DNA of 57,580 nt, counting the filler, from Sphacelaria rigidula (taxonomy: Eukaryota), in NCBI GenBank assembly GCA_964200075.2. It is 8 parts of 8 records of this genome, joined end to end, with 100 filler letters (N's around TTAATTAATTAA, not from the genome) between each part and the next. Parts side by side here need not be neighbours in the genome. Positions count along the whole stretch, not along the records: positions 1 to 7,111 come from CAXNAA020016431.1; positions 7,212 to 14,321 come from CAXNAA020016432.1; 6 more parts are not named here. One strand, written 5' to 3'. Below are positions 1 through 12,304 of this stretch, piece by piece. Position 1 is the first letter of the stretch; every line of letters starts with the position of its first letter. Made by a program: the position numbers and the translations under genes. The notes below the pieces were generated by a model that saw only the letters and a list, made by a program, of their open reading frames with translations, made no database searches and was not told the origin of the DNA.

Positions 1-640
1 AGTCAACTTATGATACTAAAACCAAGTAATTTCCTGACGAATCATTATTTGTCCTGACCGTGGAATATTTTGTACATACATCCTGAACATCCTCGTGTCA
101 AAGTTTCACACAGAACGACCCAAACTTGAGCTGCATAATCGCGTGTTCACATCCCTGTCCGCGTCTTGGGCGGCCCAGCCTGCACTTACCGAAAAATTGA
201 GTAGTGTATTTGAGGCCGTACCCGATGTACTCAAAATTTGGGTAAAGTATTGCGGCCGTACCCAATCTACTCAAATTTTGAGTAGGGTACATACTCGCGT
301 ATTTTACCCGAGCATTCAAAAGTACATACTCTACTCGACCTGCCCTTGCACTGTTTCCACCACTGGGTCTCCCATTGAGGAGTTAGATGTGCGGCTCGTA
401 GAGTCGCTCATTTTGACGATACCTTCAGTACCCGACTAAACGTCTACTCCATTACCCAATGAAGATGAGAAGTGCCTTGTACTGAAACTGATGTCGAAGA
501 GGTTGCGAGGTATGAAGTATGTACTGCCACGGGTCGGGGCAGGTGAGCTGGGACAGGTAGGTTCATTCACCTGCACGTTTCTTGTGTTTTTTTCACACTC
601 TGGACAATGGACACAAAATTAGTCCATTGCTTCAGCAATA

Positions 641-1181
641 CAATAGTGGGCGGTTTAACTATTTAGGGGTGTTTAGGGCATCTCCTCGCGTACTACTCTT
701 TGAGAGAACTCGAAATTGCTAGCCTTGGTAGATTTTGGTACAATGATCAGATCATCCGCGAAACACAGTGACCAAGTCAGTGTCAGTTGGTGTTATCAGA
801 CGAAACGAGTAAAAACCCCGTTTACCAGGAAGGTGTCAATGACCGTGGAACACAGTTTTTCGGCCTCAGGTAGGCAAAATTTCTGAAAAATAAAACTGTA
901 TATTTCTTCACAAATATGATCGGGACAGGCTCGATCGACCGAAAATACAGAAGAGCAGGAATCTGAGCTGAAGCGTGGCAGAACCTCCGATGACCGGTCA
1001 GCCTGTAAGTCACTCACTATTGAGTATATACGTTTATTTTTCTTGGAATGTGGAGCAGATACAAATATATTGAGATCCCCGATATGATAAGCGATGGCAA
1101 GCAAAAAGAGTCCAAGAAAATCGTCAATTACGAAAAAATCACAAAATTCCATAAAATGAATAGTTAGACTGCCCACTACTG
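641..1181. mobile_element. Non-autonomous TIR element (MITE, Tc1/mariner-like), copy 1
   Basis: Left end caatagtgggcggtttaactat and right end atagttagactgcccactactg form ~22-bp TIRs. TA lies on the left. The whole element is collinear with the copy at 12305-12850. Confidence 0.85.
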
Positions 1182-1269
1182 CAGACCCGGGGGGAAATCT
1201 ATCGAGATATATTGTCGAACACAATAAATGGTGAAACACGTCTATTGATGTGTATTGCAACGGACAACA

Positions 1270-2960
1270 GATGTTGCAAGAGTCGATCGATAGTCTATGA
1301 AAATGGCAATGGATTCCGATCACTAGTCATCGATGGACATCGTTTAACGCATTAGATTCCGGGATGTATATATCGATAGCCACTGCCATACTTGGTAGGT
1401 TTACTGAGACATCCATCGATGGTCATTGCCATCATCAGTAGATTTGGTGCGAGCCATCTATCGATATCAACTGCCGCCATCAATAGATTTGGTGAGCCGT
1501 CTATCGGTAGCCTTTGGTGTCATCAATAGAGTTGGCGAACAATCTATCAATAGCCTCTGCCGCCAACAAAGGATTTTGGAGTGTATCCCAATAATCATTG
1601 CCGTCAACAATTGATGTTCTAGGGAGCATCTATCGATAGCCAGTGATGCCAACGATAGGCTTCGATGAATATATCGCTCACTGCAGTGGTCTTATGGCAT
1701 CAAAGGCAGTATTTCTTACACATGAATACGATACTACCTGAGGCGGCAGTTTACCATAACTTCTGTGGAACAAGGTAGAAACATAAACCCCGACGATGTG
1801 CATACGAAGTGCATAGTTAGTAATCAATGCCATTCAGCTCTCACTGTGGCCAGCAATAGATATTGGTGGCAGCGGTTCAGATTGCGTTGTGAATAGCGAT
1901 AGACATTGGTGGCCGGGATCCAGATTGTTTTGTTACCAGCAATAGACATAGATGGACGCCATTTATAATAGGTTCTATTGGGACCAACAACATCTATTGG
2001 TGTTCGCATTGCAGATCCTACTGCGATCAGCAATAGACATTGGTGGCCGCAATTCAGGGCCTAATGCAGAAAATAACGTATATTGATAGAAAACGTGGCC
2101 ACTCCATTGCCACGGCAATGATACATTCTGTCCCTTGTTGCGAATCTTTTGTCGCCTACAAGAGCTATCGAGAGACAGTGATGCCAGTCGGTTATGACGG
2201 ACAATAAACATTGTCAGTCAAGTTCTCGGGCTATTGCAGCCGCATCTTCCATTACTTAGTCTTTTGTCAAGGGTATAAGCACATTTCACCCAACGCAAAA
2301 AAGTTCTATAAGCGCTCATGTCCATCAGAGGGACAAACCCTGAGGACCAACATCACATCAACAGCAAAACTCACAAACTTTTGTCCATACATACTGCGGA
2401 TTCCTACATCACACAACGGTTTGAAATTTGCAGAATTGTGACGTCGTATTTTCACGAGTAGTGTTATCACATACCCACTGCATGTTCACCTGCGGCCTCT
2501 CTACCGTGCTTGAACAGAGTATAATATGCTCTATAGATGGTATGTTGCGATGTAGGTGTGGTAGTAGACGACAGAGAATATCGATAGGCATAGTATGCCA
2601 AAACAGATTCTGGCATGTATCTATCGATATTCATTTCCGCCTTCAATAGATCTTGTACGCACTATATCAATAGCCATCACCATCATTAGCATATTTGGCA
2701 CACAGTTTATCGATGACCATTGTCATCATAAACACAGTTGGAAAGCTAGTGATCGATATATTCGGCCGGCGGCAATAGTTTTGGGAGTAGGGCCACGCGA
2801 GACGGCTGCCCGGGCAATATAGTATGGGAAAGGGGTCTACCGATACACATTGCCGACGACAATAGAGAGAGAAACCTGTCGATCGATAACAATTATGCAC
2901 GACAATATTGGCATATTCTGCGGTAGATTTCATTGCTATTGCAATATATGCCGTCTATAG
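1270..2960. repeat. Degenerate ~40-45 bp minisatellite array with ATCGATAG core, blocks in alternating orientation
   Basis: Recurrent motif catctatcgatagcca-tgcc-(g)ccatcaatagatttggt at 1360-1680 and 2580-2760, with reverse-oriented versions at ~1850-2210 and ~2760-2930. Confidence 0.6.
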
Positions 2961-3018
2961 TACAGGGTATGCTCTTTTCATGGCCACCATTCCCTCATAA
3001 TCATTGTAGCACGTTACC

Positions 3019-3240
3019 TAGTACTGGGCACCTGAACTATTTTTGTTTGGAAGTTTTCTTTCGCGACTACTCTTTGATATAACTCAAAAGTGCTAGCGTC
3101 GGTAGATGTTGGTTAAATGAACAGATCGTCTTCTCCCTCCGGCGTCCACGTTGGTGTTACTAGATTTTCTCCGGCGATACCAGTGGATACCCTGTTTACC
3201 AGGAGGGTGTTATTGACAGTAAAACACAGTTTTTCGACTA
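3019..3240 (+). mobile_element. Truncated relative of the TA-MITE family with a different terminus
   Basis: Shares the internal segment (actactctttga...tgctagcgtcggtaga...aggagggtgttattgacagtaaaacacagttttt) with 641-1181 and 12305-12850. Its end agtactgggcacct matches the end of the copy at 55065-55556. Confidence 0.65.
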
Positions 3241-3747
3241 TAGGGCAAGGAGTCGGTAGAGTATTTATGGCCGCATCCAATCTACCCAATATTTGAGTAA
3301 AGTAAATACTCGAGGATTCAACCCGAGTATTCTCAGTGCATACTATACTCGACCTGCCCTTGAATCTGTTCAAGAATCATGGGAAAAAACGAAAAATAGC
3401 TGAAATCAGTTATTATAAAATATATGTAGGTTGGCTTGACTTGGCGGAATATCGCATTGATCGCTGATTTGCTTTGCATGCAGGTAGCGGCCTCATATAG
3501 AGGCCACGACCTCAAGTTCAGAGGAAATCAAACCAACTCTCAGTGTTCTGTGCTGTACCGTACTCCTTGTATTTCGGGATGAAATTAAAAACCAACCAAC
3601 GGGTGTGCTTGTACCCTCGAGATGCGTATCATTTGTCATATACCCTCTTGCTGCTGCAGCAGTACAGCCAGTGTTTTCTCGACCTATCGTCAGTGCAAAA
3701 TAAAAGCAACGACAGCAACAAAAGCAAGAAAAATCACTGCCACTAAC

Positions 3748-3924
3748 CTCCATGATAGCAGCCGTTTGCACGATCTGCAGGACCTTCTCAACATCATCAT
3801 ACACTGCCTGGGGGTCGCCCTTGTCTCCCGCCAAGTGCTTTACACATACAAACAGAACATACGCCCAGCCCGCAGCACAGGCACCGTTGTAGCCCAGCAA
3901 GTACAAATTCTTGATAGATGTCAT
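3748..3924 (-). CDS. HACD: Very-long-chain 3-hydroxyacyl-CoA dehydratase (PTPLA/HACD/PHS1 family), first coding exon
   Basis: MTSIKNLYLLGYNGACAAGWAYVL...VLQIVQTAAIME matches the family N-terminal YL..YN....GW...QT.A..E pattern. ATG at 3924, GT donor at 3747. Later exons were not found in this contig. Confidence 0.85.
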
Positions 3925-4436
3925 ATTATCCACTTGAACTGTTGCATATATGGCCTTATTTCACGGGCCTGTGTAAATGTCACAATCAATCAAGTATGTA
4001 GATGGCGATGCTCGCTGTACATCGTCGTCCTGTAGCGCTGCCATCACCCCAGTGGTTTTTCATGGTCTCAATAGGATTGCTCATACCCGTAATGGTCAAC
4101 AATTTTTCACAGGTCTATTACGAAAATATAGTATTTTCTCTCTCCCGAGAAGATATGACAGTAAATTGAATATTGATACATATTCACGTGTACATGAGCC
4201 TACAAAAATCAAAATATTGCACCGTTATATATATATATATATACTGTATTATAAAATTCAATGCATGTGTATGCCCAAAATTGAAAAGCAGTCTTTTATT
4301 TTTTGACGAAGATGTACTAAAGTTGTTATAATCCAATATATCCGCATTGTGAAACGTCATTTGTACACCGGCCATGAACTGCCCAACAGGTTTTTCAGTT
4401 CAAAATAGCCCACCGCACCTACACAGCTAGTTGGAG

Positions 4437-4487
4437 ATGTCAACAACGGCAATGAAGATGACCCCTGAGGCAGAGGCGGCGAGTAAG
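4437..4487 (+). CDS. Putative first exon of a membrane/carrier-like gene (MSTTAMKMTPEAEAASK)
   Basis: ATG at 4437 and AAG|gtgggc donor at 4488. Phase 0, compatible with the exon at 5980. Confidence 0.5.
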
Positions 4488-5979
4488 GTGGGCTTCTTCG
4501 ATACGTAAATGTCCGTCAACGTCCTTACTTTGGGTTGGTAAGGTTGAAAGCTTTGTGTGTATCGCGAGGGGATGGAAACGGGTAAAACAAATTACATGTG
4601 CTACGTTTTGCGCTCGCGGCGCCTGTCAGTCTCGAGTAGTGCGTTGCGCTGAAAAAAACTAGTATCTCTTGCTCCGACCCTTCTTCTGATCGCGGCTTCT
4701 AATTGCACAGACAGAAAGCTCAGTGATGCCTACTGCACTAGAACGGGAGACTAGTGCAACAGGACAGGACATAATGTGTCGCCCTTGAACGATTGATGTT
4801 CTTGAGCCCCTCGCGTTTGTTTACCCGAGGTCAGATACTGCTTGTACTGTAATGTACTGTCTTGACGCCAGAATATTGGTCGTTTAATGTACGATGGTTA
4901 CGAGAGGTACGTCTAGTACATACATACGCGTACGTGTTGGACCCCAAAAACTGCTGCAGGACTTCGACTTGACTTGAACTGGCTCTACTACTGTAACTTC
5001 ACTAAGCTGACGGCGTTTCTGCTGCCCCCCTTCTCTGTTTGAAGCAATGTAGCCATGAAACGGAATGGGGCAACACACGCAATAAAACTGAAGAGGGCAG
5101 CAAAGCTAGTTCTATCGAAGCCAACTAGCATCATCCCAACACCGGCCGAAAAGGCTGAAAGTTTCTCTCATCATGTCTTGTTTCTCGTGCAGTAGTGCTG
5201 TCGCGTATTTTGTACTAAAATAGTCACTCCTCCTGTGCTACGACGTACAGCACCGTTGTTTCTGCACTTTCAGCTTTGTGCTGTAATTGTACTTATCTCG
5301 CGGTTGGAAGCATCATGGCATTCTGATTGCTGCTTCAGCGCTCTATCGGGGCAATAGTGGGTCATTAAAGTGCCGTGCAGTAGCGTGTATTTCAGCAAGG
5401 GGTTCGCCACGAAGGGACAACGTAGCGTTTTTTTCCGGCCCATCTTCGACCCATTTGCGCGCTCGGCGCTTGCGGGATATTCATCACCCTGAGCTTTCAC
5501 TGCTCGCGTCGTGACTTCATCTTAAGGCGAGCCAAGCAACGACGAAAGAATATGTTGCGTTTCAATCATAGACACAACAAAGAAAAGAGGCGGGTTACGT
5601 AGTGCGGACTCTTTCGCTTTGTGTGACGCCAGTTCTTGCACTTTGTACCGAGATGATTATTACATGGTACCGTTCTCACGCCTTGTCGAAGAACCTCCCT
5701 TTACAGCCGACAGCGGCAGCCACGCTTTACTGTACTGTAATGGAACTAGCCCGAATCGCACAACAGTAGGTACAGTACAGTGGTCTACACACAGTTGCAC
5801 TTATTTCAAACGAAGTCTCCTGTTACAGTACGAGTAGTGGTGTTGCTGTTGTGACAGCCACGAAAATTGTCAAAACGTTTCACTTTTGTTCTGAACGGTT
5901 GGAAACTTCTACCTTTGATGTCTCATCATGACAACACTGCCTCACTGCGTTTCACAACCCATGTCCTTCATCGCTACAG

Positions 5980-6119
5980 GTGGGCATGGCTTCGCTGTAC
6001 GCAGCAGACACGGCGGCAGCGCTGTCAGCGTCCTTCCTGGTATCTCCTTTCATCACAATTGTGGATAGATCTATTATGCAGAATGCAAGCGGCGCTATGA
6101 AAATGGGCGACTCCGTCAG
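5980..6119 (+). CDS. Exon of a conserved membrane protein (mitochondrial carrier/sideroflexin-like N-terminus)
   Basis: cag| acceptor and AG|gtatgg donor. The peptide ADTAAALSASFLVSPFITIVDRSIMQNASG resembles the start of a carrier-like family recalled from fungi and protists. The family assignment is from memory and unverified. Confidence 0.6.
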
Positions 6120-6257
6120 GTATGGTATCTGCTGTGTGGTGCAGAGGGCAAGTGTGTTGCCAGTCTTGCGCGCAAATAAAAAATAGACACAAATATACCG
6201 GAATGCCCGCCCTGTATTTGTGAGTGCCCGCACTTGGTGCACATACAAAAATCATCA

Positions 6258-7111
6258 TAGGCCAACTCTTACGGGGGCGTTTGGAATTTTATTTTGCAAC
6301 AATTTCAGAGGAGTTTTTTTCTTTGTCATCGTGGTGAACGGGCACAAAATACATAACTACGGCAAAAAAAAAAAAAGTCGTTTAAAATTACTGCAAAATT
6401 GTCCCACTAGAGTTGGCCTATTGGGATCCGTTCAAAATTCCAGTCGAAAACTGGCTTTTGGGTCCTTCTCCGTCGATTCACGCTCGAAAAGAGGGCTAGG
6501 CGGATGTTGACGCCTTGGAATGACATGCTCTACTCGTTGAAACCGTTCTAGGGCAACTCTGCATTTCCCGCTGGCCGCACTTTTGTTTTTGACCAAGTCA
6601 GACCAAACACGAATTTTCAGTAAAAACCGGCCAGGTGATCGAAATCCCCCCCTGTTTTTTTATCGCTTGGCCGTTTTTTGTTGAAAACCGGTGTTCGGCC
6701 AAAAACGAAAGTGCAGCCAGAAGGGAATGCAACGTTGCCCTGGAACGGCCTCAATGAGAAGGCAAGTCATTCCAAGGCGTCAACAGCCGCCTAGCCCTCT
6801 TTTCAGGCGTAAAACAACGGAGAAGGGCCAAAAAGGCAGTTTTCGACTGGAATTTTGAAGGGCTCCCAGCAGAGTCGGTCTTAGGCCGGATGTTATGGCA
6901 CACAGATTTTTGGCCCACGGATTGTTCACTTTTGCGACGTTTGACCCACCTTTTGACCCCCAAACCAAGAAAACCGCCAACACACGTCTTGGACACTTTG
7001 CAATCACCCCACAGAGCGGGGCCTAGTCTGCTTTTCAGATTCTCTTGGCTCCGAGGTTTCGAGATTGGCCGCTGAACTAAAATTCGTGCGCAAAAATCTG
7101 TGCCTGCCGAC
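6258..7111. mobile_element. Multi-hairpin foldback element, truncated at contig end
   Basis: Consecutive imperfect palindromes at 6258-6420 and ~6420-6875. These are followed by a module (~6950-7111) homologous to the first internal hairpin of the element at 41653-42663. Confidence 0.7.
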
Positions 7112-7211
7112 NNNNNNNNNNNNNNNNNNNNNNNNNNNNNNNNNNNNNNNNNNNNTTAATTAATTAANNNNNNNNNNNNNNNNNNNNNNNNNNNNNNNNN
7201 NNNNNNNNNNN
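7112..7211. other. Artificial contig-joining spacer
   Basis: N44-TTAATTAATTAA-N44 (stops in all six frames). Repeats every 7210 bp. Confidence 0.98.
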
Positions 7212-7539
7212 TGGGACCCAAAAAACGCTCCGGGAAAACTCGGGAGGGGTATACTGAGTGCAAGTAATACCATAAAACCAAGCTGCGACCACCCTGCATT
7301 TGGAAACCTGGGAAGGCTTATCTGGGCCAGGGATAGGGCCCCACACGATATTTGCAGTGGCATCGCATCCGACAACAATCCCCGCGCTGGTCGTTCGGGT
7401 CTGGTCAATGAATGTCGCCTCCCTGTGATTGGGTAGGTCGCTCGAAGACTTATTTTTCACTATTCCACTAACACAGCGTCAACCCTGTGTTAGTGGGGGT
7501 CCGGTCCCAAAAGAGTTAAGGGTACATCAATTCCGTCGT

Positions 7540-8100
7540 TAACCTCGTAGTTCCCCCAGTCCTGACCAGAGGTGAAGAGAATCAATTCCTCGCAAACAGT
7601 TGAATTGTGTCAGCGGTGGGGGCTCTCCTCTCCTCATTTTGGCTCTTGACGCAACTGTCCCTCGCTGCAGGCAAAAAACCGATTGATTTTCGCATCGCCA
7701 CGCGTCAAACTTCACCGCCTCCTTCTTGACCCCAAGGTGCCATCTGTCCATGTTCGTCGCGGGAGTGGCTTCATCTTGCGCGTATACGACTTTCATAACG
7801 TCGACGGACCATTCCCCTTGTCCTCCCTTATGGGACAACCCCTGACGTGTGCAGACTCTCCTGGACGCGTCCCGTCAAGTTTTCTCAAGACCGACCAGTC
7901 TCTTCTGGCCCTTGCGCGGCCAACCATCCGAACACGATGCGCTTCGGATAAAGCGTATCGTTCTGCGGGACAAGGGTCCCCACGGACCAGACTTAGTACT
8001 GGAGGATTGTCATCTAGAGCACAGCTCTGTGTGAAAACAATCCCTCACGTCCAGCGCTTTCCTTCCTGCGGGCGCCAACTGTAAATTGTTATGGCTTGTG
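7540..8100 (-). mobile_element. Decayed 3' fragment of an RTE-like non-LTR retrotransposon
   Basis: Broken minus-strand peptides (RSIVFGWLAAQGP; HKGGQGEW...ATNMDRWHLGVKKEAVKFDAWR) resemble the post-RT C-terminus of brown-algal RTE-type LINEs as recalled. Several stops and frameshifts. Confidence 0.45.
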
Positions 8101-8797
8101 TGCAGAGGACACGCAAGTCCTCCGGGCCAGCATCCATGCAGGACATCCGCACAGCACAGCTTTCATCACCCCCGCTTCAAGCAGCCGTATTTTCAAAGAG
8201 AACTGGATGGATGGCGTATTTTTGACCTACTCCTTGAAGGAATTCCCACGCAGTACTGACGCGGCGCTGATTTCCAAGGACACACGTATGCGCTAACAGC
8301 ACGACCAAAGTAGAAAACTCTGCCTTATGCTCACAACCTCAATGTACAGTACGGAATGTGGGGAGCTAGCTGGGTACTGACCGCAGCGGATAGATTCTGT
8401 TTTCTTCGATAGCATCAATCCGTACTTCTGACGAACCATTAACGTCTTAGCCATTTCGCTGGTAAGCCCGTCTGAGGAGTTGACGTTTCTCGCGTCATGT
8501 GCATAGAGCATTCTATACTTCGCGCTGCGCACCCTCTCAGACTCTTTCGCGGTGTTTTCTTTAGGGGGTCATCATCCTCGCCTTTCGGCACATCGTGCGA
8601 ATGTACAAAGCGGAAGAAAACAGTCACAACAGTCGGGATTGGCTGAAAATCGTTTACTCCATTATTAACGCTGCGGGATTTGTTAAAACAAGAGGTTCAT
8701 CTGACGTTTACACGACAACGTCTTACAAACGGCGCAGTTTTCACCCTGTTGTTTCAACTGCTCAACACCTTGGTCACGTGGTCACCACTAGCCTCAC

Positions 8798-8932
8798 CTT
8801 CTCGGCGCCTAGTATTTGCACTGTAGACGCCGGGCACTTCGCGAGTGATGTCAGCGAGCCAGCCTTCGAGATTAATCTTGCTCCGACGGTCTCCCCTATC
8901 AAAGCTGCCAAATTTGGGGCCACGATGCCCAT
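8798..8932 (-). CDS. NOP56: Nucleolar protein 56 (box C/D snoRNP core), exon
   Basis: [45 protein letters not shown] is the Nop-domain signature. AG/GT boundaries, phase 0/0. Confidence 0.95.
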
Positions 8933-9047
8933 CTGGCGTTCGACAAAACGGTGTGTAGGGGACGTTCAGTACACCGGACGGACGACTTCAAACACAAACA
9001 GGTTCTCGACTGAGCGTTCACCAAGACGCTTGAACAATGTTACACAC

Positions 9048-9257
9048 CTTGTCCACCAGGTACGCGTACAGGTCTCTTCTGTACTCGGCAAGCTTCACCA
9101 TCCGCTCGCAGAAAGTGACGACGTTCGCCATATCAACAGGAGAGGCATCCATGCCCATTGAAGTGCGGGAGGCCTTGAGGATGGCTGCAGCCAGCTCTTC
9201 GTCCATGACGATTTCGTTGAGGCCTGCAAGTTTCTCCTCGTCGAACGCAGCACGATC
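9048..9257 (-). CDS. NOP56: NOP56 exon
   Basis: DRAAFDEEKLAGLNEIVMDEELAAAILKASRTSMGMDASPVDMANVVTFCERMVKLAEYRRDLYAYLVDK. AG/GT boundaries, in frame with neighbouring exons. Confidence 0.93.
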
Positions 9258-9545
9258 CTTCATTCCAAGACGGAAAGAACATCAGTCGACACCACTTCAG
9301 GCACCGAATGAAGGACATAAAACTTTATTCGCCCGTCACCGCTCCGCCCAAAAGGTGGAAAGAGGATAGTTGACTCAGTCGCATCATTGTTGACAAAATA
9401 ATAAATGGAGTTGCGTATGTCAAAGTGGTCTGAAGCAAGTGAAGCTAGTTGACGCGAAATCAGCACTGCAATAACGTGATATTAAATGATGCAAGAGCAG
9501 TGTGTGCACTCGTGGGGACGTCTTTGTGCTCACAGCCGGACCCAC

Positions 9546-9731
9546 CTTGATGAACGAAGCACATCGTGCAAACATGTAGTTGTCCTTCACAAGCTCTCGT
9601 AGCTCCGGGAAATGCCAGCAATACCACTCCCGCACACGCATTGCAAATGTGTTGAGATCCTTGTCGAGTTGATCCAAGAGGCAGATACTCTGAATGATCA
9701 TGTTATCTGATCGCGCCGGGTTCATCTTCAC
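9546..9731 (-). CDS. NOP56: NOP56 exon (NOSIC region)
   Basis: [44 protein letters not shown]. The DKD.NTF motif favours NOP56 over NOP58. Confidence 0.95.
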
Positions 9732-10415
9732 CTGCGAACACAAGATAAATTTTGTTACACGAGAATAGGAGTCGATCAAAAAGGTCATATGTTTTTCCTA
9801 CTCAGTGCGATGCACGGTGGTGCCAACAATTGGTGGTGAGCAGAGAAACGTGACCGCAAGGACTGCAACAACTCCTCCGTTTGACTTGGCTTCATGCGAT
9901 TCATTCGATTACCGAAAGACCACGCGGTCGGATACATTTCCCCTTTCATCGAAGATGTCGCCATTGGCTTGCCTAGGAGAGAAGCGACGACGCTGCCCAT
10001 TAGTGGCACGATTTTGCCTCAGTACGCTTGAGATCCACAGGTCAAGGACACAGCCCCCCTTCATTATCAAAATCATGCCGAGAGAAAATATTGAAATACT
10101 GATCGGGCGCCAGCATGAAAGTGTACACGTGATCGCGTATTGACCGAAGATAACAAGGTCATGCCGACGTAGCGACGTCTATGGGTACCATGTAACTCAT
10201 TTCTCTCGTGGAAGCTACCCTACAGAGAGCAGATCCTTTGTTTCACAACAAAATTTCTTGTGCAAATCACATGTTCCACCAGAATGAGAATGCGGTGTTC
10301 ATTACAGAGGGCACTGCATCGAGAGAATATCAAGGCACACAACGACCTTGTGTGGGATACACATACATCGACCTTTGAACGTGGATCAAGTCGAGAGTAG
10401 GACGGAATACCATAC

Positions 10416-10491
10416 CTTGGCGCGTGAGTAGCTGTGCCCGAGCCCAAGCTGCGCCTTCTCGGCGACGCCACCGTCCAGTTCTTTAACGAAC
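10416..10491 (-). CDS. NOP56: NOP56 exon
   Basis: FVKELDGGVAEKAQLGLGHSYSRAK. The phase-2 acceptor completes the Arg codon begun in the upstream exon. Confidence 0.92.
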
Positions 10492-10574
10492 CTGCCCAAT
10501 AGAAAAAAAGTGAAACCATTTCCACAGTGACGCGGAACAGGCATTATATATATATATATGTATTTATATTTCAT

Positions 10575-10883
10575 TCGTCGCACTTTGAATTCCTCCCCTT
10601 CCTCAGAACGAGTCCGTGGTCTCCAGGGATCAACTCATCTTCCCCCGGTACACGCCTTGCATCTTGGTCTCGCGGATTGGATCATGCCTTATCAGCACTC
10701 CCGCAAAGCATTAACTCACGTCGAACATACTCAGTCGACTACTTTGTCAACTCACGTTCTCACGCTTTCCACGTTGGAAATCACGTACCACCAAGGAAAA
10801 ACCCGGCACATCGGGAACCGAACCCTCTTTCTCTCCACTCTGATGGCGACAGTCGGAACATTACACCACCGGGGCGCGGCGTC
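10575..10883 (-). mobile_element. tRNA-derived SINE, family B
   Basis: Minus-strand head gacgccgcgccccggTGGTGTAATG...GGTTCGGTTCC carries Pol III A/B boxes. The body is homologous to 23165-23457 and 53641-53950. Confidence 0.8.
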
Positions 10884-11516
10884 ATACTATCTCCTACGCA
10901 TGTACTAGCCCAACACAGCAACCCAATGGCCAAAGAGCTATTTTGACGACAGTGTTTGCGAACGCAACGGCCCGCTACCCGTAAGAACGAGGGTGAACGA
11001 GTGCTTTAGCCCGACTGGGACGAGGCCCATTTGATCTATGCGCAATTGATGTTGAGGCAGGCAATATCATCACGCCAGCCTCATAGTACTTGCGCAGGCG
11101 TTGTACTCGTACCGGCAAAGGTGGTACGAACACTTCATATCGGTATAGTGAGGAAGACACCTCTGTGTCCATCGGCATGCCAAGACAGAAGAAGCGAACA
11201 GAATAGGGTCCCTCATACACCATCTGTTGTGGATAAAACGACTGTGGAAAAATATTTCCGATATTCAAGTGACAACTGATTACTGTAACCGGTACAGCGA
11301 TGTGTACGTGAGTAAACTTGTCGAATGCGTCTCCTTTGCAGGAGGCGCTAACTGGGACTTTTCACTAGATCCGTGGGTATATTCCTACGCGACGCGATCA
11401 GTTGCGTATCAAGCTTTTGGGCAGTTTGGCATGATCGTGAAGTACTCATCAGGGTGATGACAGACGACAACAAATGATCTACTAGCTCAATACTACGGAC
11501 TCGCAATAGGACTCAC

Positions 11517-11689
11517 CGGCTGAAGTGGACACGAATGCCGCGGATGATTTCCTTGACAGTCTCGTCCGATCGGCAAGGGAAGTCCAGGCCATCTTGAATC
11601 GCGCTTGCGAGACCCGGCTCTATGCATCCGAGCTGAAACGTCGCGGACTTGGACTTCTTGACTTTAGGGAGGTTCATCTCCAAAAAGTT
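11517..11689 (-). CDS. NOP56: NOP56 exon (most upstream exon found)
   Basis: NFLEMNLPKVKKSKSATFQLGCIEPGLASAIQDGLDFPCRSDETVKEIIRGIRVHFS. cacag| acceptor and |gtgagt donor. Confidence 0.92.
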
Positions 11690-11816
11690 CTGTGTTTCCA
11701 TCCATATCGTGCGAGTATGTTCAGGGTAACCACAGGTCGGGTTAAGGTCGTCGCGTGCACCGTAGCCCACACACTCGAAAGTTGCAGGTAGGACCGGAAG
11801 TATTGAACAGATCAAG

Positions 11817-11927
11817 TTCATGCTGGATCATAGCAGCGCTACTCAATGCGCACAACAAGAGGCATGCAACATTTCATGCTGGATCATAGCAGCGCTACTC
11901 AATGCGCACAAGAAGAGGCATGCAACA
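11817..11927. repeat. Tandem duplication of a 56-bp unit
   Basis: Two near-identical copies of ttcatgctggatcatagcagcgctactcaatgcgcacaa(c/g)aagaggcatgcaaca. Confidence 0.9.
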
Positions 11928-12304
11928 CTCTTGGCACCGGAGTGACACTTTTCAGCGTTCCAAAGTAAATCTGTGGCCCTCAGACATACCCATAGCAAGC
12001 TGTGGCACATGAGCAAAAAACTGCACAGAAATCGGAGCTGTAGAAGTCGGGTCCGTACATGGATGGGTATGCCTGCTTTTGTGTAGAAAAAACGAAGTCA
12101 CCTATTAAGTTGTCCATGTAGGTTGGATCACTCAAGTACCTACTACAGCAGCTTCAATAGCTCCTTACATACCGTGCTCCTCCCTTTGACAACATGTGTA
12201 GGCGATCCGTGGAGTGATCATCATCTGACAGAAAAATATTAATTATGCCATTTCACAAGATTGCTTCCATTGGGTGTCTTGGGGTTACGGTGGTTTTCAA
12301 CCTA

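Noticed and set aside
11380..11460. Hammerhead ribozyme or C/D snoRNA from the minus-strand CTGATGAG motif
   Set aside because: No stem II followed by GAAA, no terminal stem and no recognisable guide target.
8530..12225. Other RTGATGA boxes on the NOP56 strand (near 8570, 11070 and 12220)
   Set aside because: No appropriately spaced D box with a closing stem or a recognisable rRNA complement.
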